Shown here one piece after another: positions 32,610-42,758 of a stretch of DNA of 60,997 bases. Both the position numbers and the translations under genes were made by a program. Source of the DNA: Sphingomonadales bacterium (lineage in GTDB: Bacteria > Pseudomonadota > Alphaproteobacteria > Sphingomonadales > Sphingomonadaceae); contig VMTF01000025.1 in assembly GCA_013791705.1 (NCBI GenBank), positions 1-60,997 on the forward strand, read 5' to 3'. Under the pieces are notes generated by a model, which did no database searches, was not told the DNA's origin, and saw only the letters and a list, made by a program, of their open reading frames with translations. Each line of letters begins with the position of its first letter. Within the stretch, counting starts at the first letter, position 1.

Positions 32610-33992
32610 TTACTTCTCCGGAATGATCACCCCGAAAAGATCGTGCGCATCGGCCTCTTCGATCTCTGCAGCCACGATATCCCCAGCTTTTAGCGTTGGC
32701 GGCACGTTGCGCAGGTAAACCGCGCCGTCGATCTCCGGGGCATCGGCCTGGCTCCGGCCGGTCGCGCCGATATCGCCGTCCTCGTCCGGTTCGCCGACTT
32801 CGTCGATGATCACCGGCAGCACCCGGCCGACTTTGGCGCCAAGCTTCGCCGCGCTGATCGCCGCGGTCTTTTCCATTAGCCGCGCATAGCGCTCTTCCTT
32901 GACCGCTTCGGGCACCGCGCCGGGCAGGTCGTTGGCGGCCGCGCCCGCAACCGGCTCGAAGCGGAACGCGCCCACCCGGTCGAGTTGCGCTTCGTCCAGC
33001 CAGTGCAGCAGGTACTGGAAATCGGCCTCGGTCTCGCCGGGGAAGCCGACCACGAAGCTCGAACGAATCGCGATCTCGGGGCAGATTTCGCGCCACGCCT
33101 TCAGCCGCTCCAGCACCCTGGCCTCGTTCGCCGGGCGCTTCATCGCCTTGAGCACCTTGGGGCTGGCGTGCTGGAACGGAATGTCGAGGTAGGGCGTCAA
33201 CAGCCCCTGCGCCATCAGCGGGATCACCGCATCGACATGGGGGTAGGGGTAAACATAGTGCAGCCGGATCCACGGGGCATGACCCTCCGGCGTGCGGAGC
33301 TGGCCCAGTTCGCGGGCCAGATCGGTCATGTGGGTGCGGACCTGCCGGCCTTTCCACGTCCGTTCCTCGTGGCGCACATCGACGCCGTAAGCCGAGGTAT
33401 CCTGGCTGATCACCAGCAGTTCCTTGGTCCCCGCCGCGACCAGCTTTTCCGCCTCGCGCAGCACTGCGTCGATCCGCCGGCTGGCCAGTTTTCCGCGCAA
33501 TTGCGGGATGATGCAGAACGCACAGGCGTGATTGCAACCCTCTGAAATCTTGAGATAACTGTAGTGGCGCGGGGTTAGCTTCACGTCACCGGGATCGGCC
33601 TGCGGGATCAGATCGACGTAAGGCCCCAGACTGGCCGGTGCGGCCTCGTGCACCGCCTCCACCACCGCCTCGTACTGATGCGCTCCCGTCACCGCGAGCA
33701 CGGCCGGGAACTTTGCGCGGATCAGTTCCGCCTCGCTGCCCATGCAGCCGGTCACGATTACCCGTCCGTTCTCGGCAATCGCCTCGCCGATCGCGGCCAG
33801 GCTTTCCTCCTTGGCCGAATCGAGGAACCCGCAAGTGTTGACCAGCACCACGTCGGCCCCGGCATAGTCGGGGCTCATCTGGTAGCCGTCGGCGCGCAGG
33901 CGGGTCAGGATACGCTCGGAATCGACCAGCGCCTTGGGGCAGCCAAGGCTGACCATGCCGATCTTCTTTGGTGCGGGAATCGTGGAAGCCAT
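32610..33992 (-). CDS. rimO: Ribosomal protein S12 methylthiotransferase
   Basis: [25 protein letters not shown] radical SAM motif, TRAM domain DAPEIDG. Confidence 0.96.
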   Translation of the reverse strand: MASTIPAPKKIGMVSLGCPKALVDSERILTRLRADGYQMSPDYAGADVVLVNTCGFLDSAKEESLAAIGEAIAENGRVIVTGCMGSEAELIRAKFPAVLAVTGAHQYEAVVEAVHEAAPASLGPYVDLIPQADPGDVKLTPRHYSYLKISEGCNHACAFCIIPQLRGKLASRRIDAVLREAEKLVAAGTKELLVISQDTSAYGVDVRHEERTWKGRQVRTHMTDLARELGQLRTPEGHAPWIRLHYVYPYPHVDAVIPLMAQGLLTPYLDIPFQHASPKVLKAMKRPANEARVLERLKAWREICPEIAIRSSFVVGFPGETEADFQYLLHWLDEAQLDRVGAFRFEPVAGAAANDLPGAVPEAVKEERYARLMEKTAAISAAKLGAKVGRVLPVIIDEVGEPDEDGDIGATGRSQADAPEIDGAVYLRNVPPTLKAGDIVAAEIEEADAHDLFGVIIPEK

Positions 33993-34057
33993 GCGCGCGC
34001 GCCCTACACTGGGCTGAGCCAAAGTGCTACAGCGTCAGCCGCAAAGGGAGAGACGCC

Positions 34058-34450
34058 ATGGGACAGGTTGACTGGCTGGCCGTTGCGCTGGGCACATTGG
34101 CGTTCTTTCTGGTGGGCGCACTCTGGTATGGCGGCCTGTTCCGCAAGGCCTGGCAGGCCGAGGCCGGGGTTGACGATCCGCCGCGGGGCGCGGCTGGCGC
34201 CAAAGTGATGCTGGGCACGCTGTTTGCCGAGTTTATGGTTGTTGCCATGCTGGGCCATCTTATCGCGCGTACCCAGCCGCCCGGTCACGTCAAACTGATG
34301 ATGGCCGCAGGGTTCGCACTGACGGTGATGGCCCCCGCGATCGGGATCAGCTATCTTCATCAGAAAAGGTCGATGCAGTTGTTCCTGATTGATGCCGGGC
34401 ACTACCTTGTGGGTATGCTGGCGGCGGGCGCGGTGTTCGCGCTGCGCTGA
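34058..34450 (+). CDS. DUF1761-family membrane protein
   Basis: GALWYG.LF.KAW; IDAGH; four TM helices. Confidence 0.8.
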   Translation: MGQVDWLAVALGTLAFFLVGALWYGGLFRKAWQAEAGVDDPPRGAAGAKVMLGTLFAEFMVVAMLGHLIARTQPPGHVKLMMAAGFALTVMAPAIGISYLHQKRSMQLFLIDAGHYLVGMLAAGAVFALR

Positions 34451-34453
34451 AGC

Positions 34454-35296
34454 TCAGTTCTTAGGTTCCGGCAGCAGCGCCAGCGGGTCTTGCGGCACGG
34501 TCTTGTGGCGAATTTCGAAGTGCAGCTCGGTCTGCGGGGTCGATCCGGTATGGCCGAGCAGGCCGACCCGTTTGCCTTTACGCACAGCCTCGCCCTTCTT
34601 CACGGTGACCTTCTGCAGCTTGGCATAAGCCGAGAACCAGCCCTTGCCGTGGTCGATTATCACCAGGTTGCCAAAGCTCCTGGCCCCTCCGCCCGCAAAC
34701 GCCACCGTTCCCGGCGCGGCGGCGCGCACGGCGGCACCTTCCGGCCCGGTAATGTCGATGCCATCATGTGAACCGCGCTGCCCGCGCGGGGTGAAGCCGC
34801 GCCGCACCGGGCCGGTCGCGGGCCAGGCGAATGCCAGTGGCGCGCCGCGTTCGGCCTTGGCCGGTTCTGCCGCAGCCGCTGCTTCTGCCGCCGCCTCGGC
34901 TACGCCCGGCTTGCTCGGCGTCGGGATCACCAGTTTCTCGCCGGCCCGCACTTTGGCATCGCGTTCCAGCCCGTTGGCAGTAGCGATCAGCGACCACGGC
35001 ACGCCATAAGCATAGGCGATTGCGAACCCGGTCTCGCCCGCCGCCACGGTGTGCGAGCGCCGCCGCGGGATCACCAGCACTTGCCCGGCGCGCACGTGAT
35101 GCGGCGGTTTCAGCCCGTTGGCCTCGATGATCAGCACCCGCGGGACTTCGACCCGGCGGGCAATCCCGCCCAGCGTCTCGCCGGGTTTGACCGTGTATTC
35201 GGTGACTTCCTTGAGGTCCGACGCCTTGGCCGGCGCGGGTTCGCCCGCGCCCAGCAGCACGGGCAGCGCCGCCAGCAGGAGCAGCCGCTGTCTCAC
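34454..35296 (-). CDS. LysM + M23 peptidase (NlpD-like)
   Basis: Two LysM repeats; HDGID and LHFEIR M23 motifs; follows surE. Confidence 0.9.
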   Translation of the reverse strand: MRQRLLLLAALPVLLGAGEPAPAKASDLKEVTEYTVKPGETLGGIARRVEVPRVLIIEANGLKPPHHVRAGQVLVIPRRRSHTVAAGETGFAIAYAYGVPWSLIATANGLERDAKVRAGEKLVIPTPSKPGVAEAAAEAAAAAEPAKAERGAPLAFAWPATGPVRRGFTPRGQRGSHDGIDITGPEGAAVRAAAPGTVAFAGGGARSFGNLVIIDHGKGWFSAYAKLQKVTVKKGEAVRKGKRVGLLGHTGSTPQTELHFEIRHKTVPQDPLALLPEPKN

Positions 35297-36054
35297 GCAA
35301 ACCTGCCGCGCATTTCCTCCAGCGAGCCCTGGTGAGTCAGGTCGAGCTGGAGCGGCGTCACCGAAACATAGCCATCCTGAATCGCCTCGAGGTCGGTCTC
35401 GTGGCCCGGGGTATGCTCGATCCCGTGGAGGCCGAACCAGTAATAGGGGAAGCCGCGCGGGTCGGTTCCCTCGACGACCGAGCCGCGCGCATAGTCGTGG
35501 AACCCCTGGCGCACCACGCGGATGCCCTGAACCGCATCGGCGGCCAGCGGCGGGAAGTTCACGTTGACCAGCGTGCGCGGCGCGAACGGGGCTTCAAGCA
35601 GCGGGGCGATCACTTTCGCGCCCCATTCCTCGGCCGCCGCGAACGAAACGTCGTGACCCGCGTCCGCTTTCGAATAGACCTGGCTGAGCGCGATCGAGCG
35701 AACCCCCGCGAGCGCGCCTTCGATCGCGGCGGCGACGGTGCCCGAATAGGTCACGTCGTCGCCCAGGTTGGCGCCCCGGTTCACGCCTGAAAGGATCAGG
35801 TCGGGCGCCCCCGGCATCACTTTGCGCAGGCCCATCGTCACCGCATCGCTCGGCGTTCCAGTCACCGAAAAGCGCCGTTCGCTGTGACGCTGCAGCCGGA
35901 CCGGCCGGTTGAGCGTCAGCGAGTGACCCGCACCCGATTGCTCCTCGGCCGGGGCGCAGATCCAGACATCGTCGGAAAAACGCCGGGCGATCCGCTCCAG
36001 CACATTGAGCCCGGCCGCGTTGATCCCGTCGTCGTTGGTCAGGAGAATGCGCAT
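35293..36054 (-). CDS. surE: 5'/3'-nucleotidase SurE
   Basis: MRILLTNDDG, SGVNRGAN, YSGTVAAA. Confidence 0.97.
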   Translation of the reverse strand: MRILLTNDDGINAAGLNVLERIARRFSDDVWICAPAEEQSGAGHSLTLNRPVRLQRHSERRFSVTGTPSDAVTMGLRKVMPGAPDLILSGVNRGANLGDDVTYSGTVAAAIEGALAGVRSIALSQVYSKADAGHDVSFAAAEEWGAKVIAPLLEAPFAPRTLVNVNFPPLAADAVQGIRVVRQGFHDYARGSVVEGTDPRGFPYYWFGLHGIEHTPGHETDLEAIQDGYVSVTPLQLDLTHQGSLEEMRGRFA

Positions 36055-36070
36055 CGGACTGGGTACTCGC

Positions 36071-37351
36071 TCAGGGGGAGGGGACTAGGCGGGTCAGCCC
36101 GCCCATGTAGGGGTGGAGCGCCGGCGGCAGCTCGACCGAACCATCGGCCTGCTGGCAGTTCTCCAGCACCGCCACCAGCGTGCGGCCCACGGCCAGGCCG
36201 GAGCCGTTGAGGGTGTGGACGAACTCGGTGCCCTTCTGTCCGTCCGGCCGATAGCGCGTGTTCATCCGCCGCGCCTGAAAATCGCCGCAGTTGGAAATCG
36301 ATGAAATCTCGCGATAGGCGCCTTGGCCCGGCAACCACACCTCAAGATCGAACGTCAGCCGCGCCGTAAAGCCCATGTCCCCGGCGCAGAGCAGCATCTT
36401 GCGATAGGGCAAATCGAGCGCCTGGAGGATCGCTTCGGCCGCCGCCGTCATCTTCTCGTGCTCGGCGGGCGAGTCTTCCGGGCGGCAGATCGCAACCAGC
36501 TCGACCTTTTCGAACTGGTGCTGGCGGATGTAGCCGCGTGTGTCCTTGCCCGCCGCGCCCGCTTCGGAGCGGAAGCACGGCGTCAGCGCGGCCATGCGGA
36601 GCGGCAATGCGTCATGGCCAAGGATCTGTTCGCGCACCGCGTTGGTCAGCGAGACTTCGGCGGTCGGGATCAGCCAGCGGCCATCGGTGGTGCGGAACAG
36701 GTCTTCGGCGAACTTGGGCAGTTGTCCGGTGCCGAACACCGCCTCGTCCTTGACCAGCAGCGGCACCGCGCATTCGGTGTAGCCATGTGCGGCGGTCTGC
36801 ATATCGAGCATGAACTGGCCAAGCCCGCGCTGCAGCCGCGCCATCTGCCCCCGCAGGAAGGTAAAGCGCGAGCCCGCGATAGCCGCGCCGGTCTCGAAAT
36901 CGAGGCCCAGCGCGGGGCCAAGATCGGCGTGTTCCTTCGGCGTGAAATCGAAGCTGCGCGGGGTGCCCCAGCGGGATACTTCGACGTTGTCGGCCTCGTC
37001 CGTGCCTTCCGGCACAGCGGCGTCGGGCAGGTTGGGATGGCGGGCGAGCGCGTCGTGCAGGTTCGCGGTCAGTTCGCGCTCTTCCGCTTCGAGCGCGGGG
37101 AGCACGTCCTTGAGCGTGGCGACTTCGGCTTTGAGCGCTGCGGCCGCGTCCTGGTCGCCCCGGCCCATTGCCGCGCCGATCGCCTTGGAGGCCTCGTTGC
37201 GGCGGCTCTGCGCCTCCTGCATCCGGGTCGCAACGGCGCGCCGGGCCGTGTCGAGCGCAAGAATGGCGTCAGCCTGCGGCTCCACCCCGCGCCGGGCGAG
37301 GCCGGCGTCGAAGCTTTGCGGATTCTCGCGGATCAGTCGTATGTCGTGCAT
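36071..37351 (-). CDS. serS: Seryl-tRNA synthetase
   Basis: [34 protein letters not shown]. Confidence 0.98.
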   Translation of the reverse strand: MHDIRLIRENPQSFDAGLARRGVEPQADAILALDTARRAVATRMQEAQSRRNEASKAIGAAMGRGDQDAAAALKAEVATLKDVLPALEAEERELTANLHDALARHPNLPDAAVPEGTDEADNVEVSRWGTPRSFDFTPKEHADLGPALGLDFETGAAIAGSRFTFLRGQMARLQRGLGQFMLDMQTAAHGYTECAVPLLVKDEAVFGTGQLPKFAEDLFRTTDGRWLIPTAEVSLTNAVREQILGHDALPLRMAALTPCFRSEAGAAGKDTRGYIRQHQFEKVELVAICRPEDSPAEHEKMTAAAEAILQALDLPYRKMLLCAGDMGFTARLTFDLEVWLPGQGAYREISSISNCGDFQARRMNTRYRPDGQKGTEFVHTLNGSGLAVGRTLVAVLENCQQADGSVELPPALHPYMGGLTRLVPSP

Positions 37352-37407
37352 GGCGCTGCGCTATGCCGTCGGCATCCGCGCAGCGCAAGCATCGGAACGG
37401 CCGGGCG

Positions 37408-37605
37408 TTACTCGGTGTCGGTCGAAACCGAGCTTCTGCCGAGCAGCGCATAGATCGGGCAGCTCGACAGGAAGCCGGTCGCCAGCGGGATCAGACCGAG
37501 CAGGCCCCACTTGGTCTGCGGCCCGACGAACATCAGCATGAGCAGCGCGGCACCGACGACAATGCGAACCATGCGTTCACTGCCGCCAACATTGGTCTTG
37601 AACAT
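37408..37605 (-). CDS. DUF2892/YgaP-like small membrane protein
   Basis: MFKTNVG..ER..R...CPIYALLG. Confidence 0.85.
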   Translation of the reverse strand: MFKTNVGGSERMVRIVVGAALLMLMFVGPQTKWGLLGLIPLATGFLSSCPIYALLGRSSVSTDTE

Positions 37606-37738
37606 GGAAGTTCCCCTGGAAATCCGTAGAACAGTCATTCCTGCGGGCACTGTGCTTTCCGCCCAGACCCGCAAGAATGAACAGCCTAAGGGATAGTCCC
37701 AAGGTCTGAGCGAACTGTTAACCCGGCGAATTCGCGGC

Positions 37739-37930
37739 CTAGTTGCGTGGGCAGGTATTCAGCCCCAGCAGCGAATAGATCGGACAGGTCGAAAAAAGCC
37801 CGGTGAGCAGCGGCACCAGCCCGATCCAGCCCCACGGGGTCTGCGGCCCGACGAACACCAGGGCGATCAGCACCACCCCCAAAACGATGCGCAGGATGCG
37901 ATCGGCCTTGCCGACATTGGTCTTGAACAT
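37739..37930 (-). CDS. DUF2892/YgaP-like small membrane protein
   Basis: MFKTNVG.ADR..R...CPIYSLLGLNTC. Confidence 0.85.
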   Translation of the reverse strand: MFKTNVGKADRILRIVLGVVLIALVFVGPQTPWGWIGLVPLLTGLFSTCPIYSLLGLNTCPRN

Positions 37931-38042
37931 GAGTTTCACTCCTTCCAGCGAAGGCCATGACTGACCACACGGCAAGCGCGCGCGCATTGATGGCGATCAA
38001 CGCGGGGCTTGCGATCACGGCGAAACGGGAAGGCCGAAGGAA

Positions 38043-38089
38043 TGGTGGGCGCGACAGGGATTGAACCTGTGACCCCACCCGTGTGAAGG
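38043..38089 (-). repeat. Prophage attachment site: 3' half of tRNA-Val(CAC)
   Basis: Minus strand CC-TTCACAC-GGGTGGGGTCACAGGTTCAATCCCTGTCGCGCCCACCA; no D-arm or 5' acceptor strand upstream; next to the integrase. Confidence 0.85.
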
Positions 38090-38172
38090 TCGCTGCCGAA
38101 ATTTTCCAAGATATTGGAAATAGATGGTAAAAACCGGGTCCGGCGCGGGGCGCTGTACGGGATTTGTACCGA

Positions 38173-39258
38173 TCAGCCCTTTGCGAGGGTGAGCCGGGTC
38201 TTCTTTTCGGCGGCTTTCAGGCCCCGGCGCTGGGCCTTGTGGATCTTGCCCGAGGTCTGTTCGGCGTGGGTGTAGGTGCGGCGCATCAGGGCGGTGTCGG
38301 ACCATCCGCCGAATTCGCCGGCGGCCTTTTCGTCGACCGGCTGGCGCACGTTCATTTCCTGGCCGAAGCCGTGGCGGCCGGCGGCGTGGAAGGGGAGCAG
38401 CTCGATCCCGGCTTGCTTGCACGCCCGGGCCCAGCCCTTGCGGGGGCTCGACCGATCCGCGAAGCCGAACAGGCGCAGGTTGTCCTGCTTGCGGTCCATG
38501 CCGCGCGGGTAGAGCGGCGGGAGGTTGGCGAGTTCGGTCACCAGTTCGGGCGGGATTGCGATCCAGCGATCGTCGTGGCCCTTGGCGGCCGGAATGCAGG
38601 CGCGGCCGTGCTGGAGATCGAGGTGTTTGCCGGGATGCATCGCGACGGCCTGGCTGATGCGCGCGCCGGTCATGAACATGAACAGCGCGAGCGCGGCATG
38701 GCGGCGATCGGCGTGGGCCCGGAATTTGAGCAGCCATTCCCAGCTGCCCGGGGTGCGCTTGACCCGGCTGACCTTGCCGCGCCGACGATCCTGCGCGATG
38801 CGCTCCTCGCGTTCATAGCCCTTGATCCGGATCGGCGGGCCCTTGCCGAGATCGTGCGCATTGTTGATCACCGACCGGACCGGGGTGACGACGTGGCGAA
38901 TCCAGGTGTCGGTGGCGGCGTCCGGGTAAAGCTCCGGGCCAAGGTCGCGGACCTGCCGGGGGGTGATATCGCGCACGAACAGGTTGCCGATCTTCGCGAC
39001 AATGGGGATCAGATAGCCCGCATCGGCGGGGCTGGCGGTGTAGAGCAGCACCGCCTCGGCGAACGTCAGCGCCCTTTCGTCGCCGAGAAGGTAACGACGG
39101 ACCCGGCGCTCTTCCTCGTCGCGGCACCATTGCCACGCGCCTGCTTCCTCAGATGCGCCAGTGCTGCATCGATAGTAGTCGCTGACGGGGGTGCCGAGGT
39201 ATTCGACGCGGCCGCGCGCCCACCAGGTGCTTCCTCGGCGATAGGGTTCGAGTGGCAT
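38173..39258 (-). CDS. int: Tyrosine recombinase (phage integrase)
   Basis: TGARISQ (R), AKG (K), FHAAGRH (H..R), GGW, RRTYTH (Y); start at MPLEPYRRG. Confidence 0.9.
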   Translation of the reverse strand: MPLEPYRRGSTWWARGRVEYLGTPVSDYYRCSTGASEEAGAWQWCRDEEERRVRRYLLGDERALTFAEAVLLYTASPADAGYLIPIVAKIGNLFVRDITPRQVRDLGPELYPDAATDTWIRHVVTPVRSVINNAHDLGKGPPIRIKGYEREERIAQDRRRGKVSRVKRTPGSWEWLLKFRAHADRRHAALALFMFMTGARISQAVAMHPGKHLDLQHGRACIPAAKGHDDRWIAIPPELVTELANLPPLYPRGMDRKQDNLRLFGFADRSSPRKGWARACKQAGIELLPFHAAGRHGFGQEMNVRQPVDEKAAGEFGGWSDTALMRRTYTHAEQTSGKIHKAQRRGLKAAEKKTRLTLAKG

Positions 39259-39455
39259 TTGCGCCCGGCCTCCAGGATAAGATCGATCTGCTCGGGCGTG
39301 ATCAGCATCGCGCGGCCGAGGCGGTGGCACGCGCCGAGTCGGTTGGCCTTCTCGCGCAATGCCCGCTCCGAGATATCGAGTCCGCGCGCGGCCAGCAACC
39401 GGACCCATTCGGCCGGGGTGCGCCCGCGATCGAGAATTGGGGAGAGCGCGGTCAC
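39066..39455 (-). CDS. Putative excisionase / HTH DNA-binding protein
   Basis: ISERALREKANRLGAC...MLITPEQID winged-helix-like segment; overlaps the 5' end of int. Confidence 0.6.
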   Translation of the reverse strand: MTALSPILDRGRTPAEWVRLLAARGLDISERALREKANRLGACHRLGRAMLITPEQIDLILEAGRKCHSNPIAEEAPGGRAAASNTSAPPSATTIDAALAHLRKQARGNGAATRKSAGSVVTFSATKGR

Positions 39456-39793
39456 CGCACGCTGTCTCCATAAATCTTAAGCCAGTCGTTGAAATTGAGG
39501 CCGCTGTCGTGATTGAGGAAGGCCCGGTAGCGCCGCTGACCACGAGTCAACTTCAGGGCCGCAGGGCTTTTTTCGCGAACAAAGTCCCGCCCGGCATCCG
39601 TTACGATGAAGATATGGCCACCCACGATGTGCGGGTTCTCATAATGAGTCATCAGCCCATTGGCTGCTGCTCGAAGGCAGATTTCGAAGTCGGAATGACC
39701 CGGTCCTGCGACGAAGTGGTCGCGGTACATTTCGCCCTGGCCATGGCAATCAACACCGAGCGAATGCTGGAGAATCTCGAGTAGCTCTGTCAC
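39452..39793 (-). CDS. Phage hypothetical protein
   Basis: 113 aa; GTGA overlaps with both neighbours; visibly lower GC than flanks. Confidence 0.7.
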   Translation of the reverse strand: MTELLEILQHSLGVDCHGQGEMYRDHFVAGPGHSDFEICLRAAANGLMTHYENPHIVGGHIFIVTDAGRDFVREKSPAALKLTRGQRRYRAFLNHDSGLNFNDWLKIYGDSVR

Positions 39794-40431
39794 GCCACCT
39801 CCGCGAACTTGTCGGTTTCATTGCCCCATGAATTCCAGCCCTTGCGCGGGTTTCTGGCGAACAGCTCGAGGCGGGGAATGTCACCGAACAGCGCTTCGAG
39901 GCGGTCGTATTGCGCAGCGGGCTTGCGGCTGTGCTGCGACTTGGGGGCGACGATCAACTGGCGGACGGCGTGGCTGGCCACGGGGACGCCCTTGCCGCGC
40001 CTGAACAGCAGGCAGAGCTCGACCTGGTTGCGGGTGTACTTGCCCATGCCGATCGCGGGCTCGGCGATATCGCCGGTGAAGATATCGAGCTGGTCGGGCC
40101 GGATGCGGCGCTGCTTGAGCCAGAAGAACAGGTCGGTGACGTAGCGGAAGCCCCAGGCCTCGCCGAGCGCCAGCGCCTGATCGAGGTGGCTGCCGATCAC
40201 CCACAGCGCCAGCACCGCATCCGGCGCGGCGATATCGGCGACCGGGAGCGCGGCGAGCTCGGCCAGCGACAGGGTGGGATAGTGATCCTCGCCCGCCTTC
40301 TGGGTCGGTGTGCGCTTGGCGCCCGACCACAGCACGGTCTGCCAGGGCGGATCGGCGAGGATCAGGCGCCAGGCGGCGCGGGGGAGCTGGGCGAACCCTT
40401 CGACAAGCTCGGGATGAGCGGCGGCAGTCAT
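39790..40431 (-). CDS. MT-A70-family N6-adenine methyltransferase
   Basis: LILADPPW, HYPTL, LALWV, WGF.Y, HSRKP, RLELFAR, W..WGN. Confidence 0.9.
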   Translation of the reverse strand: MTAAAHPELVEGFAQLPRAAWRLILADPPWQTVLWSGAKRTPTQKAGEDHYPTLSLAELAALPVADIAAPDAVLALWVIGSHLDQALALGEAWGFRYVTDLFFWLKQRRIRPDQLDIFTGDIAEPAIGMGKYTRNQVELCLLFRRGKGVPVASHAVRQLIVAPKSQHSRKPAAQYDRLEALFGDIPRLELFARNPRKGWNSWGNETDKFAEVA

Positions 40432-40832
40432 GCCCACCCGTCCAGGAAGCAATCGATCGCGCCGATCAGCCGGTTGTCCTCGTCCTCCCGTTCGAGGTCG
40501 TAGGGCGGGGCTGCCGTGGCGCGCTGGATGCACAGGATTGCGCGCAGCGCGTCTGCCGCGTTCTCGGCCGGCTCCAGCGCGAAAGGTTCGAAGGCCTCCT
40601 GATCGCCCTCGCGGGAAAACCTGAGCAGCTCGGCAACAACTTCGGAAAGCTGCACGGCGGCCACCAGCGCGAGGCTGCGGCGCGGATCGGGCTGGGCGCA
40701 ATGGCTGCACAGCCGGTCAGCCACCCACCAGCAATGTCCGCGCAAGTCGTCGTGGCAGGGGCTGGCATCGGTGCAGCCGCAGAGCGCGCAAGTCTGGGGC
40801 GGGGTTTCCGCATCGGGCTGATCATCAATCAT
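40428..40832 (-). CDS. Phage protein with N-terminal Cys-rich zinc finger
   Basis: CALCGCTDASPC...CWWVADRLCSHC. Confidence 0.75.
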   Translation of the reverse strand: MIDDQPDAETPPQTCALCGCTDASPCHDDLRGHCWWVADRLCSHCAQPDPRRSLALVAAVQLSEVVAELLRFSREGDQEAFEPFALEPAENAADALRAILCIQRATAAPPYDLEREDEDNRLIGAIDCFLDGWA

Positions 40833-41584
40833 CAGTGGCTCCTGAAGGCGATCGAGCGGCGCGATTGCCAGCACAGCGCGCAGGTGGCGCAGCAATCGGT
40901 GGCGCCGGTCTGGGCGGGGCAGAGAATCGCGTCCGGGTCGGTTTCGCCCGGGCCGACGACGCGGGCGGCGCCGTGATCGTGCGGCGCGCCGGAGAAGCGG
41001 ATCGCGCAGCGGCGCCATCCGGCATTGTGGATCAGCAGCGCGATGGCGCGGCCGAGCGGCGAGTGCGGCTCGTGCGCGGTGAAGCCGAACAGGTGCAGCG
41101 CCGGATGGCGCGCCAGCATCTCACCCCAGAAGGCAACATAATCGGCCGACCAGAAATCGCCCAGCACGTGGAGCCGGACGAGAAAGCCGGCGGGGTGGGC
41201 GGCGGCGAGCCCGGCGAGTTCAACCCCCAGCCCCTCGATCAGATCGGGGCCATGCAGCACGCGCTCGGCGGCCCGCATGTTGTTGCCGTAGCAGCTTGTC
41301 CACTGATCGCAGGTTCGCGGGCAAGAGGCGCGTTCTTCCAGCGTCAGGGTATAGATCGGCCAACCCCGGCGATGGCCCTTGGCGACCTGCTTGCCGATCT
41401 TGCGGCTGTGCTGGCCGGACTTGAGCAGGCGGGGCAATTCGCCGGGATCGAACACCCGGCTGGAAAAGGCGGTGCGCCCGGCGCGGACGGCCGGATGCAG
41501 CGCGGAGAGGATCACGCCGTGGCCGGTCGGCTGCTTCGTGCCGAACCTGCGCATCGTGGCGCGGGCGGGATTGCGGGTGGCCAT
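40832..41584 (-). CDS. Gp88-like, putative radical-SAM/Fe-S phage protein
   Basis: CPRTCDQWTSCYG, RLHVLGDF, FGFT, C-terminal CP......CCATCALCW. Confidence 0.7.
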   Translation of the reverse strand: MATRNPARATMRRFGTKQPTGHGVILSALHPAVRAGRTAFSSRVFDPGELPRLLKSGQHSRKIGKQVAKGHRRGWPIYTLTLEERASCPRTCDQWTSCYGNNMRAAERVLHGPDLIEGLGVELAGLAAAHPAGFLVRLHVLGDFWSADYVAFWGEMLARHPALHLFGFTAHEPHSPLGRAIALLIHNAGWRRCAIRFSGAPHDHGAARVVGPGETDPDAILCPAQTGATDCCATCALCWQSRRSIAFRSH

Positions 41585-42438
41585 CAGGCGTCGTCCTCGA
41601 CAAGCTCGCCGAGCAGTTCATGCCACGCGGCGAGGAACACGGCGGCGCTGGAGGCCGAATATTTCACGTTCGGATTGGCGACCCGATAGCGCGCGATATC
41701 GGCGCGCCACTGGGCCTGCTCGCCCGCGGCGATCATTTCGATGAACAGCGCCCAGCGATCGTCAGCGAAGCCGGCGCCATCCTTCAGAACCTCGGCACAG
41801 ACCGCGACGATGCCGGGGAAGATCGATCCGGCATAGCGCAGCACCTGCCCGGCCAGCGCCTCGCCCAGGGCGCGCAGCGCGAGGCGGGTGACTTTCGCCC
41901 CGTGGCGGCGCCAGGCCTGTTCGATGCCGGCGACATTGGAGATCATCCCCGGCTTCCACGCGGTGTAATTCGTATGGCGCGCGAGGCGCAATCCCGCCGC
42001 TTCCAGCGCGGCGGCGATCGCGTCGGCCTCGCTGTCTCCCCCGGCGACGGCGGCCTTGAACAGGTCGAGCTTGTTCAGCGCGCGGCGCTGCTGGTTCATC
42101 GCGACGAAGCTGGCCGCCTCGTCGGCCCGCGAGGCGGAGCGGGAAACGACGCAGGGCAGGTCAAGCAGATCGCGGCGCAGGCGCGCGGCGGCCAGGCGGT
42201 GCTGGCCGTCGATCACCCAGAGCGTGCCATCCTCGCGCCGCGCGACGGCGAGCGGATGGAACAGCGACCAGTCCCAGAACGACGCGATCTTGCGGACCAG
42301 CGTGAGGCTGGGCGCATTGTCGATCGAGCGCTGGTAGGCCGGATCGATGTTGAGCTCCTCGATCCGGCAATTTTCCAGACTGGGCCGCCGGCCGAGCGGC
42401 GGATTGACCTTCAGCCGGGCGGTGGCGGGGCGGGACAT
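41584..42438 (-). CDS. ParB/Srx-fold protein (DUF6551-like, DGQHR)
   Basis: IDPAYQR...VIDGQHRLAAA...EA..F..MN. Confidence 0.8.
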   Translation of the reverse strand: MSRPATARLKVNPPLGRRPSLENCRIEELNIDPAYQRSIDNAPSLTLVRKIASFWDWSLFHPLAVARREDGTLWVIDGQHRLAAARLRRDLLDLPCVVSRSASRADEAASFVAMNQQRRALNKLDLFKAAVAGGDSEADAIAAALEAAGLRLARHTNYTAWKPGMISNVAGIEQAWRRHGAKVTRLALRALGEALAGQVLRYAGSIFPGIVAVCAEVLKDGAGFADDRWALFIEMIAAGEQAQWRADIARYRVANPNVKYSASSAAVFLAAWHELLGELVEDDA

Positions 42439-42758
42439 TATGCGGCGCCCCCTGCCTGGGCGATCAAGCCGTAGGCGAGGCTTTCCAGCATCTCCAGCTC
42501 AAGCCAGTCGTCAAGGTTACCGCCGCACTTGCGCTGCTCGACCTCGTGAGAAAGGTGGGGCATCAGGCGCTCGAGGATGTCGTTCAGCTCGGGGGCTCTT
42601 GCGATCAGCCGGGCGTTTGCCACGGCGCAAGGTTCGCTTGGCGAGACGCCCTGCGCCCACGCAACCGGATAATCCATACCGCGCTCGATGTCTTCGTCCG
42701 GCACGTAAATCTTGAGACCATCCGAGAACCATGGCCCGGGCGTGTATTGCGCGGTCAC
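42438..42758 (-). CDS. Phage hypothetical protein (TPGPW...ANARLIA.AP type)
   Basis: Motif pair common in small phage early proteins; coupled by overlaps. Confidence 0.7.
   Translation of the reverse strand: MTAQYTPGPWFSDGLKIYVPDEDIERGMDYPVAWAQGVSPSEPCAVANARLIARAPELNDILERLMPHLSHEVEQRKCGGNLDDWLELEMLESLAYGLIAQAGGAA

Noticed and set aside
32268-32693. 141-aa ORF between corA and rimO
   Set aside because: Atypical composition; spans the sRNA/terminator and overlaps the end of rimO
38043-38120. Complete tRNA-Val gene
   Set aside because: The 5' acceptor strand and D-arm are missing; treated as an att remnant
38173-39543. 456-aa integrase as given in the ORF track
   Set aside because: The first 95 codons overlap two better ORFs; integrase-like sequence starts at MPLEPY (39258)
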